DNA of 64,000 nt from Mobula hypostoma (lineage: Eukaryota): NCBI RefSeq assembly GCF_963921235.1, contig NC_086108.1, forward strand, positions 86,554,001 through 86,618,000. The letters are read 5' to 3'. The notes under the pieces are model-generated. The model saw only the letters and a list, made by a program, of their open reading frames with translations, had not been told where the DNA came from and did not search any database. A program made the translations under genes and the position numbers. Each line of letters opens with the position of its first letter. Position 1 is the stretch's first letter. Below, one piece after another: positions 13,026 through 25,449 of the stretch.

Positions 13026-14680
13026 TTTTTTAAATATTTTTATTTTTATTTATTACAAACAAACAAAAAAAGCACAAAAAAATACAGCACAGCCTAAAAA
13101 AAATGACCATAACTAAAAAAAATTAAATATTGAGCAGCAAAAGGAAGAAAAATATAAAGGCAAAAGTATGCATATACAGCAGAGATACAACGCTCCAAAA
13201 TTCCTCAGTCCTCACCCCGTGAGAAAGTTCAATACAGGGCCCCATATCCTTTCAAAGATGTCCCCTCTGTCTTCATTATATAGTCTCAGTCTCTCCAAAT
13301 GTAAAGTACTTGCCAGTTCTCTCAGCCACAGATTGTACGTAGGCACAGAGTCCATTTTTCACATTTGCAGGACTAACTTCTTAGCAATCACTATTCCAAA
13401 CAATACAGCCGCTTTTTCATACATATTGGCTGAAGATAGGGAGCTTGCTGCTCCAAGAATGGCTATGAGTGAGTCTGGTTCCCACTGCTTCCTAAAAGCC
13501 TCAGAGAAACAGTGAAAAATACTTTTCCAGTATGCATAAAGCGTACAACATGACCAGAATGAATGTGACAAGTTACTGTTCACAGATTTACATCTATTAC
13601 AAACTGGTGACACATCAGGGTAGAAACTGTGCAACTTTTCTTTGGAATAATGGAGTTTATGTATTGTTTTAAACTGTATAGGTCTGTGTCTGACATTGAC
13701 CGAACAATCATGTATACATTTTAAACACTCATCCCAGACCTTCTATACCCAATTCATCCACCCATGCCTGTTTAAAACCTGCAGTATTCACCCAAGCTCC
13801 ATTATGTAGGATCTGATAAAAATAGGATACCGCACTACGAGTAACAGGATCAAATTTATTTATTGCCTCCAGGGACTCATGTTTGTCTAAAACTTCGAAG
13901 TTAGGTATATATTTCCTAACATAATCTCGAATTTGTAAATAGCTAAAAAAAAACTAGATGCAGGGATATTGTAAACTGCTTGTAACTGTGCAAATGAGGC
14001 AAAGTTTCCATTAATATATAGGTCACCTATACTGCAGATGCCTCTCTGTTTCCAGGTAGAAATAGCAGTATCATTCAGGCCAGGCAAAAAGGAATGATTG
14101 TCACAAATCGGAGAGTCAATATAAGTTTTTGGGGCCTTAATATGTAGTTGAATCTGCTTCCAAATTCTTATAGTGCTGCCAACTATGAAGCTGTTACTAA
14201 AATGTGACTTATTAACTGCAGTGGGGCTATTAAGGATAGCTAGTAAGGAAGTCTTCTTACAAAGCATTTGCTCTATGAGTAACCATGCTGGGAACGAGTC
14301 TGAGGTAGCGGGTGGGCCTTTTTTCCACCATGCAAGAATAAGTAGGTGGGCAGCCCAGTAATACATTTTAACATTTGGTAGGGCAAAACCACCTGCTTCC
14401 TTGGGCTTTGACAAGTGTTTTTTAGTAATTCTAACGGCTTTATAATTCCAAATGAAGGGTATAATAATTAAATCCAATTGCTTAAAATATGACAGAGGAA
14501 TAAAACATGGAATTGACTGGAAAAGATGAAGAAATCGTGGCAGTTCAATCATCTTGATTGCGTTAACCCTCCCCACCAAAGAAATTGGAAGGGTTTTCCA
14601 AAAGTCAATATTGCATTTATCCTGCTCAACTTTGTTTTGCCAATTCACTTGCAAAAGGTTATCTGGGTTTTTTGAAATGT
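13026..14680 (-). mobile_element. 5'-truncated L1-clade LINE (ORF2 C-terminus and A-rich tail)
   Basis: WKTLPISLVGRVNAIKMIELPRFLHLFQSIP, GGFALPN..YYWA, the cysteine motif CNRC...HSFWSC, and an A-rich end on the minus strand near 13030. Confidence 0.9.
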
Positions 14681-15504
14681 ATCAATGTTGCTCATTGATG
14701 AGAAGAAAAATGAATTTGAAGTCACAAGCTCTTATAAGATTTCAGTGAATTTGGTTCTGTCAATTTGAGAAATTAATTGTGAACAGATCATCAATAAACC
14801 ATGCCAACTATGAATACTGCAATGGCATCTTTTTGAAGATCTCACAAAAAGGCCATTTGGCATTGCTTTAATAACTCAGTTAAAAACACAGTGAAAAGAA
14901 TTGTCTTTGACTGCTGACATGAAACATATACAAGCCTATTGGCCAAAGGTTCTACTTATCCATCTGATCTTTGGTTCCTTTTATTAACTTATTCATTTTT
15001 GGTCACCAGTTTGGCTAATAGCTTTATTATTGGCCCATGCACTGATGTACAGTGAAAATCTTTGTTCTGAGTGCCATTCATAAGGATTATTTCACCACAT
15101 CAATACTTTGACATAGTACAAGTGACAAGCAATGACAGAATACAGAATATAGTGTTCATTCATCAAAATTTTTGTGCTGAGGTTTTCAGCAATGGAAGTG
15201 TGCAACCCGCCATCTCTGATAGAGGCAAACATATGTAACAGGGGAGGCCATCAGTCTCATGTGTCATTTGTTACTAAAGCAATTCCCCAAAAGCTCATTC
15301 TAAATTTATTCTCTTATATAGTTAAGGAACAACGAATCTCCTTGCCATATTTCTACTTTACAGTAAGGCTCTTCAGTCGATGAAGTAGGAGCAATGAGAC
15401 AGGCCAATGCAGTAATAAAGCAGTGGGGATGCAAAGGGCCAAGTCAGCAGCAGTAACTGGGGTTTGGGCTGGGGCACTGCTCTCCAGAAGTTCTTTCAGC
15501 AGGA

Positions 15505-15890
15505 CTGTGCTGGGCCTGGTATTCGGTAATGAGCCTGGCCACGTGACCAACATTTCAGTGTGTGAGCCTTTAGGGAGCAGTGACCGCAACTCCTTAAGTT
15601 TTAAAATAGCCGTAGATAAGGATAGGCATGAGCCTTGTGGGTAGGTATTAAATTGGAGCAGGACAAATTAAAGAGAACATTAGGAAGGCAGGTGTGAGGG
15701 AAAGTTAACTGGGAACTGCTGTATGTTGGCAAGTCCACACCTGACAGGTGTCTGCGCAGACTTTCGAGCATGGGGGAAGTAGATGAAAGGTGCACGGCAT
15801 TTCAACGGAAGAAGTTATGACTTGCACCTGTTTATGAAAAGATATAAGAGCGTAAATGGATGGAACCACTTTCAATGGCCACGTGGACAA
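15505..15890 (+). mobile_element. Degenerate CR1 fragment (end of endonuclease/linker)
   Basis: LVFGNEPGHVTNISVCEPLGSSDRNSLSFKI. Confidence 0.75.
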
Positions 15891-16060
15891 GGGCAGGAAT
15901 AAAACAGCACATGATTAGGGAATGTAACTTACTTTCATATTTCTGTCTAGAATTAGATGAGTGAAAGAGAACACATGTCCCTTTTTCCATATTTCATTAT
16001 GAAATAGGAGGCCACTCAGATCTGAGTTCATTGTCATGTGAGCAAGCACATGTATGCACA

Positions 16061-16277
16061 AAGAAGAAGAAGAAAGCTCTTAACTCCGAGTGGAGTCATC
16101 GGGACGCTGTCATGATGGCATTTTTTTTAGCAGGCTTTCTTATTTTTACGAGGCCAAGTTGCTAGATCGATGGACAACCCAGCATGGGTGGAAAGCGTGC
16201 CAGAGAACCGGCTGGATACGAACTCGGGAGCCTTCACTCCGAAATCCGGTGCTGATGCCACTACGCCTGCAGCCGGC
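16061..16277 (-). mobile_element. tRNA-derived SINE with (TTC)n tail
   Basis: Minus strand begins gccggctgcaGGCGTAGTGGcatc (A box) ... GAGTTCGTATCC (B box) and ends in ttc repeats. Confidence 0.75.
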
Positions 16278-17046
16278 TAACATGTACTCACAGGTGCAAT
16301 AAAAAACTTGCTTGCGGCAACATCTTGGCATGTAACATTATATAAACAGGGTTCATAAGCAAAATATAAATTATACATAGGTATTTGCAAGAAAACACAA
16401 TTGGAACAATACAGCAGAGTCTGTTTTAGTGCACTGTGGCTGCAGTGTTTGTAATACTGCTGTGATTAGAATTTTTTGTCAGTTGGTTCAGGAACTGAAT
16501 GGCTGAAGGGAAGTAACTGTTCTTGAACCTGGTGTTGTGGGATTTCAGGCTTCTGTACCTCCTGTTTAATGAAAGTTGCAAAAACGATGGCAAAGTGCAG
16601 ACTGTCGGGACATTGAAGAAAAATGTTGCCTTCATGAGGCAGCATCTCCTGTAAATACAACCAATGAATTGGGGAGAGTCCCGATTCAAGATTCAAGTTT
16701 ATTATCATATGCATAACAAAACGTACAGTAATTTGCATCATTTGCATTAACTACCAGCACACCCATGTGTGTGTGCAACTGGCAAATGTCGACAAACATT
16801 CCAGCGGCAACAAAGCATGCCTACAACACTCAGTGGAACATAACACAACAAGCAGCAAAACAAGCCCTGTTCCTCCATCCTACCCATGCACATACACAGT
16901 TCTTTAACTCTGAGACAGGCTACTATCTTCTTAGGCCTCCAGGCTCCAGTGGGCCCAGAGTCAGGCTTGCAGACATTGGGCTTTGACTTCCCGACAACTC
17001 ATAGAGGTTCGCAGACTAAGATCCAGCCAACAGGCCTCAACTTCTG

Positions 17047-17314
17047 TGCAATGTATGGTTCTATTTCTTTTAGAGCAATGACTCCCCCCCCCCGCCTCAC
17101 CTTAGCGCTACGTATCGATCTGTTGTCTCTGCATACGCTGTTGTATAGGTATGCGCTTTTCTCCCCCTCTCTCTCCCTCTCCCTCTCCCTCCCTCCCTCT
17201 CCCTCCCTCTCGCTCTCTCTCTCTCTCTCGCTGCAGTGTGAATACACCAGTTTAAGCCATCTCCCACGTGCATGCTTTTATTTAATTGATATGTAGTTGT
17301 GCACAGACACAACA
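17047..17314 (+). repeat. 5' LTR (268 bp) with expanded CT tract
   Basis: TG...CA ends; shares ttctatttcttttagagcaatgac and ttgtgcacagacacaa with the 3' LTR. Confidence 0.9.
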
Positions 17315-17636
17315 AATTGGTGACGAGTACGAAGCTGAATGTCAGAGAATATCACGAACTGCACCGACAGCAATGGAAGGAAGCAGTGAGAGTTAAATAG
17401 CATGAGAAAGCTGAAGGATGCATGAGTTAACAGTGAAGGACATACTGATTTTAAAGTGAAAATAACATGGCAATGGCTTCAGTCCGGAAAGTTGACAAAT
17501 TTGACAGTGCTAATGAAGGCTGGGAGTCGTATATCGAGAAGGTGGAACTGTATTGTAACACGAACCACATGGAGGAGCAAAAGAAAGCCCTACACTTCTT
17601 AGCTTAATGGATGCAAGGAGGTTCTGTCTCTTACGC

Positions 17637-18855
17637 TAGCGGTCCCCAACCGCCAGGCCGCAGACCGGTGCCGGGCCGCAAAGCATCTGCTACCGGGCCG
17701 CGAGGAAACAATATGATTTGGTGATATGACTAAGCTGCACCTTTCATGATTCCCTGTCATGCGCTATTAAGCTTGAATGCACGTGAGATCATTACGCAAG
17801 CGTTATCCATGTCAGCGCGGGAAGAAGATCAACTCCTCGAGCTTACAAATGACGGCGGGCTGAGAAGTATGTTTGACATAACATCTCTGCCGGCATTCTG
17901 CATCAAATTCAAGGCTCGATATTTAGATAGATACTGAGATAGCCATGAAAGCACTGAAAACGTTGCTTTCCTTTCCAACGTTTTTCTGCGAAGCGGAGTT
18001 TTCTGCATTGAATGCAATGAAAACTGAACTGCAGAATAGACTGGACATAAGAAATCCCCTTCGAGTATCGCTGTCTCCCATCACCCCTCGATAGGACCGT
18101 CTTGTTGCAGGGAAACAAGCCCAGGGCTCCCACTGATTCAGCGATATTGGTGTGTTGCAATGATTTTATATGTTCATACGGAGAAAATATGTGCTGAGTT
18201 TTTCATATCCAAATGTTACTTAAAATGTTATAATGCTATTGACTTACTTATGTAACCATATAACAATTACGGCATGAAAACAGGCCATCTCTGTAGTCCG
18301 TGCCGAACGCTACTCTCACCTAGTCCCACCGACCTGCACTCAGCCCATAACCCTCCATTCCTTTCCTGTCCATATACCTAAACAATTTTTCTTTAAATGA
18401 TAATATCGAACCTGCTTCTGCCACTTCTGCTGGAAGTTCGTTCAACACTTACCTGAAGCTCCCCTGTCCTCCCCTGATAATTGACATTTATATTCATGCG
18501 CGGAAAATATGCGCTGTGTGTTTAATATTAATTTCATTAGATAATCCCTTTTAGAAACGAAATTGAGTGTATTAGCCACTTATCACCTATATTCCAGTCA
18601 TGATTAACACCCCCCCAAAAAGAATCGCCGAAAACGATTTGTAGAGGGGGGGGGATCGGTAGGTCACGCATGCGCACTGGTGCCCGCGCAAGGCTTCATG
18701 GTCATCATAGTCTTTCTCAGGGTAAACTCAACATATTTGACTGCTACTCTTGTCTGTTGGCAAACCTATCCCCCCCCCCCACCCAGTCGGCCGGTCCGCA
18801 AGAATATTGTCAATATTAAACCGGTCCACAGTGCGAAAAAGTTTGGGGACCACTG
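17637..18855 (+). mobile_element. Non-autonomous hAT (Charlie/Buster-like) DNA transposon
   Basis: TIRs tagcggtccccaac / gtttggggaccactg; 8-bp TSD TCTTACGC / TCTTATGC; transposase C-terminal relic (EEDQLLELTNDGGL...CEAEFSALNAMKTELQNRLD). Confidence 0.92.
18252..18450 (-). mobile_element. CR1 3' tail fragment inside the hAT element
   Basis: accatataacaattacggcatgaaaacaggcc..., same family as 49269..49640. Confidence 0.8.
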
Positions 18856-19577
18856 TCTTATGCAACCTGGTAACCCCTGAAAAGTCAGCATGCAAGACAT
18901 TGGATGAAATTGTTACAATTTTTTCAAAATCTCTTGAGCCTTGTCACTGGTAATAGCTGAGAGATTTAGATTTTACAAAAGGAACCAGTCAAAAGATAAA
19001 AGTATTTCTGAATACATTGCAGAACTGTGCAAACTTCCCCAGTACTGTGACTTTAAAGATGGACCTTCTCATGTATGAAGGGACAGGCTTGTATGTGGCA
19101 TGCACAGACAAAGCATGCTGTCAGAAAGAGACCTAACCTTAGAATGGGCATTGATTATTGCAATATCATTCAAGACTGCAGCAAAGGATGCAGCAGAACT
19201 ACAGAAAAAGAGTTCAGAATGTGAAATGCACAAAATATCCCTGATTAGTACAAAAAGCCAAAAACGTTATCGAAGTAGCAAGCCCTCCCATTATGCAAAT
19301 GACTGTTGTTCAAAGAAGAAGTCTGTAGAAAGTGTCACAGACAAGGTCACATAGAGAGAGTGTGCAAGGCAAACAAAAAGCACAACTGAGTGAAAAGTCT
19401 CAAACACAAAACTAAATAAATACATAAAGTTACTGAAAGTAAAAGAGAATTAGACAACATGGAGTCTGACAAAGGCAAATGGCCTGGAACTGTGTAGTAT
19501 AACTGAAGCAGGTCACAAAATCATTTGGATCACAATAGATGTGTCCGATGTAAAACTGAAAAAGAGTTGAATACAGG

Positions 19578-21224
19578 CAACAGGAATTCTGCAGACGCTG
19601 GAAATTCAAGCAACACACATAGAAGTTGCTGGTGAATGCAGCAGGCCAGGCAGCATCTCTAGGAAGAGGTGCAGTCAATGTTTCAGGCCGAGGCCCTTCG
19701 TCAGGACAAACTGAAGGAAGAGGGAGTAAGGCATTTGAAAGCTGGAGGGGGAGGGGGAGATCCAAAATGATAGGAGAAGACAGGAGGGGGAGGGATGGAG
19801 CCAAGAGCTGGACAGGTGATAGGCAAAAGGGATACGAGAGGATCATGGGACAGGAGGTCCGGGAAGAAAGACAAGTGGGGGGGTGACCCAGAGGATGGGC
19901 AAGGGGTATATTCAGAGGGACAGAGGGAGAAAAAGGAGAATGAGAGAAAGGATGTGTGTATAAAAATAAGTAACAGATGGGGTACGAGGGGGAGGTGGGG
20001 CATTAGCGGAAGTTAGAAAAGTCGATGTTCATGCCATCAGGTTGGAGGCTACCCAGACGGAATATAAGGTGTTTTCATTCTAGGATGAGGGAGATGTCTT
20101 CCTTTTTTAAAGAAAGGGGCTTCCCTTCCTACACTATCAACTCTGCTCTTAACCGCATCTCCCCCATTTCACGTACATCTGCTCTCACTCCATCCTCTCG
20201 CCACCCCACTAGGAACAGGGTTCCCCTGGTCCTCACCTACCACCTCACCAGCCTCCGGGTCCAACATATTATTCTCCGTAACTTCCGCCACCTCCAACGG
20301 GATCCCACCACTAAACACATCTTTCCCTCCCCCCCCCCTGCATTCCGCAGGGATCGCTCCCTACGTGACTCCCTTGTCCATTCGTCCCCCCCATCCCTCC
20401 CCACTGATCTCCCTCCTGGCACTTATCCGTGTAAGCGGAACAAATGCTACACATGACCTTACACTTCTTCCCTTACCACCATTCAGGGCCCCAAACAGTC
20501 CTTCCAGGTGAGGCGACACTTCACCTGTGAGTCGGCTGGGGTGATATACTGCGTCCGGTGCTCCCGATGTAGCCCTTTATATATTGGCGAGACCTGACGC
20601 CGACTGGGAGACCGCTTTACTGAACATCTACGCTCTGTCCACCAGAGAAAGCAGGATCTCCCAATGGCCACACATTTTAATTCCACATCCCATTCCCATT
20701 CTGACATGTCTATCCACGGCCTCCTCTACTATAAAGATGAAGCCACACTCAGGCTGGAGGAACAACACCTTATATTCCGTCTGGGTAGCCTCCAACCTGA
20801 TGGCATGAACATCGACTTCTCTAACTTCTGCTAATGCCCCACCTCCCCCTCGTACCCCATCTGTTACTTATTATTATACACACATTCTTTCTCTCACTCT
20901 CCTTTTTCTCCCTCTGTCCCTCTGAATATACCTCTTGCCCATCCTCTGGGTCCTCCCCCCCTTGTCTTTCTTCCCGGACCTCCTGTCCCATGATCCTCTC
21001 GTATCCCTTTTGCCAATCACCTGTCCAGCTCTTGGCTCCATCCCTCCCCCTCCTGTCTTCTCCTATCATTTTGGATCTCCCCCTCCCCCTCCCACTTTCA
21101 AATCTCTTACTCACTCTTCCTTCAGTTAGTCCTGACGAAGGGTCTCGGCCTGAAACGTCGACTGTACCTCTTCCTAGAGATGCTGCCTGGCCTGCTGCGT
21201 TCACCAGCAACTCTGATGTGTGTT
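19578..21224. mobile_element. Penelope-like element with inverted structure: minus-strand tail (19578-~20070) joined to plus-strand GIY-YIG end and tail (~20071-21224)
   Basis: RVPLVLTYH...PGTYPCKRNKCYT and GVIYCVRC...LYIGET; flanked by AGTTGAATAC(A/C)GG at 19565-19577 and 21225-21237. Confidence 0.92.
21128..21163 (+). ncRNA. Minimal hammerhead ribozyme motif in Penelope tail
   Basis: AGTC-CTGACGA-AGGGTCTCGGCCT-GAAAC-GTC-GACT: catalytic core boxes, short helix II and flanking AGTC/GACT helix. Confidence 0.7.
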
Positions 21225-22321
21225 AGTTGAATACCGGGTCAGCCTTGTCTATGTCTCTAGAGGCTGATTTCAGCAGACTCCATGTTTCTGATTGCTGTGG
21301 ATGCTAATTCAGATTAGCCAGAGGTTATACTAAGGAAGTCAACCACTTCAGTGAAGACTGTCTCTGCTCTGAGGACTATCTTTGCCAGAAACAGCTTACC
21401 AGGACAAGTTATGAGTGAGAACCAATCACAATACATGTCAGAAGAATTCTGACCGTTCATGTGAAAAATGATATCAGACATTTCAAGTCAGCTCCTCATC
21501 ACCCAGCAATGAACTGGGTTAGCTGAAAGGTTTATTCAAGTCTTCAAGAAGCCCATTAAAGTGATGGATGAGGACATTTCTCTACAGCATAAGGTGAACA
21601 ACTTCCTTTTTTGTATCAGAACTCTGTTCATATGATGTCAAAGCAAGCACCTGCAATGCTGTTCATGGAGAGGAATCGTGAGTTCTCACATAGACTTATG
21701 GAGGGAAATGCAGAATAAGCAGTTCAGCCAGTTGCCAAGTTAAGCAGCAAGGAGCTTTGAGATTGGACAGGCAGACCTAGCACATGATTACCGAGAAGAC
21801 AAGTGGAAACCCAATAGGATAGCTACAAGAACTGGACCACTGATGTACACAGAAAATGTTGGAGATCAGGCGTGGAGACATCATGTGGACCAGATACTGG
21901 ATGCTCAAATAAAGAACACACCTGTGTCAATTGCATCCAACAAGATGGACACATTACAGTCACTGGACTTACGTCTCAATGATGATCATGTCACAGACAG
22001 CATCATGACACTGGAAACCGAAAAGGTTGTCTTAGACAAGATACCTACCAAACCTGATGACAATCTACAGGTCCAGAGGGACAACAAGAATGCTATCATT
22101 GACAAGACAACCGCCAAAGCTGATACCACTCCACATGTCCAGAGCTGCTATCCTGAAAGAAACAGAGTGCCACCCAAAAGACTGAAACTTTGGAAATATG
22201 AAGTTAGTTATGGACTGTTATTGTGAGAGCATGTTTATTTGGAAAATGGGTTTATGAAAGGGAAATTGAATGTCTTGTATACGTACAGTTTTATGTTGCA
22301 TTCACCTAAAGTGGGAGGAAG

Positions 22322-22521
22322 TGTAATGTGACCTTCTATTTCTTTTAGAGCAATGACCACCCCCAGCACTAAGAATTAATCAGTTGCCTGCACATGCACT
22401 GTTGTCTATGCATTTGCATTGTTCTCTCTCTCTCTCGCTGCATTGTGAATATATCAGTTGCTGTCATCTCCCGCGTGAATGCTTTCATTTAATCGATATG
22501 TTATTGTGCACAGACACAATA
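22322..22521 (+). repeat. 3' LTR (200 bp)
   Basis: Follows the PPT, ends cacaata (CA>TA) and is followed by the TSD. Confidence 0.9.
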
Positions 22522-25273
22522 TTCTGGACTTCCAATTTGACCCTCAGGCCTCGATCCTTGACATTGATCCCAGGACTCACTGATCACCAAAAACCAGTCA
22601 TTCTTCCTGCCTTCATGGGAGGGGACCCTCATCAACTTTCTACTGGCCCGGCATCTAAAATCCGACCATGGATGACCCACATCCATGTCGCTGGCCTTTG
22701 AACATGGAACAGTAACTTAAACTCCGGCCTGGCCTCTAATTCCCTCACATCCCTGTCCCTAAATCCTAACTTCCCTTTGTCCCCAAAACTATTCTCATGA
22801 ACCTAAAAAAAATGATTAAAAGACACTAAAATCTGAGCTGCAACTCAACAGAGGTCGTAGCTCACTGCCATCTTGGACCAGCAGTCCACTATCTCTGCCG
22901 CTTCATACATTTCTGTGCATGTGAATTGTCATATCAGAGCAATCACAGCAGTCCCGTCCACCACTTACCTCTCTGCAGCCTATTCATCCTCATGTGCCTA
23001 TCAACTCTCCACAACCTACACTGGGGACAAATTATGGCAACAAGTGGCCCTTCCAACCCGCATGACCTCGGGACGTGGGAGCAGATCAGGGTACCCAGGG
23101 GAATTAGTAATGTCATTGGGAGAACTCCACACGGACAGCACCAGAAGTCAGAATCAAACCAGAGTTAATAGGTCCATGGAACTGCAACACTACCTGTTTG
23201 TCACTGTGAGTGTGGTTAGAACTAACAGTGAAATCCAAATGGTCTATCACATGCTGCAAGTTCTAGCCAATCACACAAAAATCTATACGTCCAGTTCTGC
23301 ACTACAGATACGAGTGCAAAAGAAGAAATATCTTATTTCCATCTAACTTATCAAATTGAGTCCTGAAGAAGAGTCTTGGCCCAAAGTATCGACTATTCAA
23401 TACCTTCCATAGATGCTACATGATCTGCTGAGTTCCTCTGGCACTCTGTGTGTGTGAGTCAAATTCTTTCTAATTTTATGCTATGCTGTAGTGCCGGAAG
23501 CACGGCAACACTTGCGACTGCCCCTGGCACATCCCCAACCTGTGTAGGTCACTGAAGCAAGCAATGCATTTTACCGGATGTTTCAATGTTTCGATGCACA
23601 GATGACAAATAAAGTTTATCTTTATCTTTCATTCTAATTATTCTCTCACGTTCCCTTTCAGCTTTTATAGTGAGAAGCTCCCAGGCCATTCAAGTCTTTC
23701 CTTATTTGTGTCATCAGCAATGAATAATATCAGTAGTGGCTACCAGCAGGCTAATTTTCGAACGCCACACCATCTTGACATTGAAGTTTATCACTGTTCC
23801 TTCATTGTCACTACCTCTAATTCCTTGAATCCTTATCTGACAGCATTGTGAGAGAGCCTCTATTAGAGGGGATGTAGTCATTCAAGAAGGTGTTTCACTG
23901 CCACCACCTCATTTGAAGCTAAAAGAAAACATAAGAGATGTTGCAAATCTGAAAAAAAACAGAAAATGCTGTAAACATTGAGTAGGTCTGAGAACATCTG
24001 CAGAATCAGAAACAGTCCTGAAATAGTCATAGTGCTTTTCTCTCTACACAGTCTGCCTAGATGATAATCAGGTTTATTATCACTAACATACAGTATGTGA
24101 AGGGTCTCGGCCCAAAACGTCAACTGTTTCCTCTTTTCCACAGATGCTGCCTGACTTGCTGAGTTCCTCCAGTATTTTGTGCGTGTTGCTTTGGCTTTCT
24201 AGCATCTGCAGTGTTTCTCATGTTTGTCATAAAATTTGTTGCTTTGCAGCAACAGTACAGTGCCATACATAAAATATACAATAACTTACAATAAGAAATA
24301 TGTATAGTTTTTAAAAATAAGTACTGCAAAAGAGAGAAAAAGTATTGACGTCATGTTCATGGGTTCATGAACGATTCACAAATGAGTTTGCAATACTTAC
24401 TGTTCTCTATTTTTCCTTGCTGCATAAGATTTTTTGACAAAGGGACTGATGTGGAATTGCTGGAGGGAAGAAGTGGGTAGGAAGAGGTGTTGTACTCGCG
24501 CTGAGGAGGAGAAACTGTGACTTAGCTGGTCTTTTTCTTCTTGATCATTGTTTGTATCTTCAGAACCAAGAGAAAAGAAAAACAGAAAATAGCAGAGATA
24601 CCCAGCAAGGCTTGCATCATCTACAAAGAGGGAAATAAAATTAAACTTTCAAGGTAAAACATTTCATCCTCATTTATTTTAGACCCAGCATCTGCAGTAA
24701 TTTTTTTGCCTTTTAAAGAGTAATGCAGGAGGGCTGCCATGTTTCAGATAGACAGTCTCAACTTGCAGGCTGCAATGTGCAATGCGCTGAATCTTCCAAA
24801 AGTCTCTTGGTGATCTTAACTATGGGAAGACAACCAAACAGGCTTTGGTGCCTAGCAGCTTATCTGCCAATGAACCATCTATTAAATCCAGTATGGAAAT
24901 CTGCTGTGTGTTAAGCTCATGACAAGGACCCTTTGTGGCCTCCAGATTTATACATAGGCCCCAAGCCCTGCCAACTGCAATGAAGGCAGAGTCTGGACTG
25001 CTGAATGGTAGGAAGAAATTCCTTGCCTTCTGACCTGATGTGACTGAGCTATCATTTTCAGCTTCCCCAAGGCTAGACAAAGAGAGAGTATGAGGAGCTG
25101 TAGCCCTTTCCCCCTCTGGGCAATGACCCAGAGCAGAAGAAAGACAGCCCCACACTCAATGAGTCTGGAACATCAAGTCACTTGTCACTGGAAGTATAAA
25201 ACCTAGCGTAAAACCTTTGCTCACAATTGGAATCAAGGCCAAAGAGAAATGAAGACCTTAAAGCCATAATTAG

Positions 25274-25449
25274 AGGAGCAGAATTGGACTGTTTAGCTCA
25301 TTGAATCTTTTCTGCCATTCAATCACAGTAGATTTTTCTCTACCCCATTCTCCTGCCTAGGGAGAACCAGGAGAATGGAGTTGAGAAAAATCATCTGCGA
25401 CTGAATGGCAGAAAAGATTCAGTGAGCTAAATGGTCTAATTCTGCTCCT
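25274..25449. repeat. Long inverted repeat made of two CR1 3' ends
   Basis: Arms of ~82 bp (25274-25355 and 25368-25449) separated by a 12-nt spacer. Confidence 0.9.

Larger units (their letters stand above)
17047..22521 (+). mobile_element. Gypsy LTR retrotransposon, both LTRs present, internally deleted, with nested hAT and Penelope
   Basis: TSD TTCTG (17042-17046 / 22522-22526); PBS-like TGGTGACGAG 17318-17327; PPT AAAGTGGGAGGAAG before 22322; gag (KFDSANEGWESYIEKVELY), protease site (ELNTGSALS) and integrase (FLIAVDA...IFARNSLP...SAPHHPA...GLAERFIQVFK). Confidence 0.92.

Noticed and set aside
16215..16277. tRNA gene
   Set aside because: A and B boxes are followed by a SINE body and simple-repeat tail with no full cloverleaf; the same applies near 38700.
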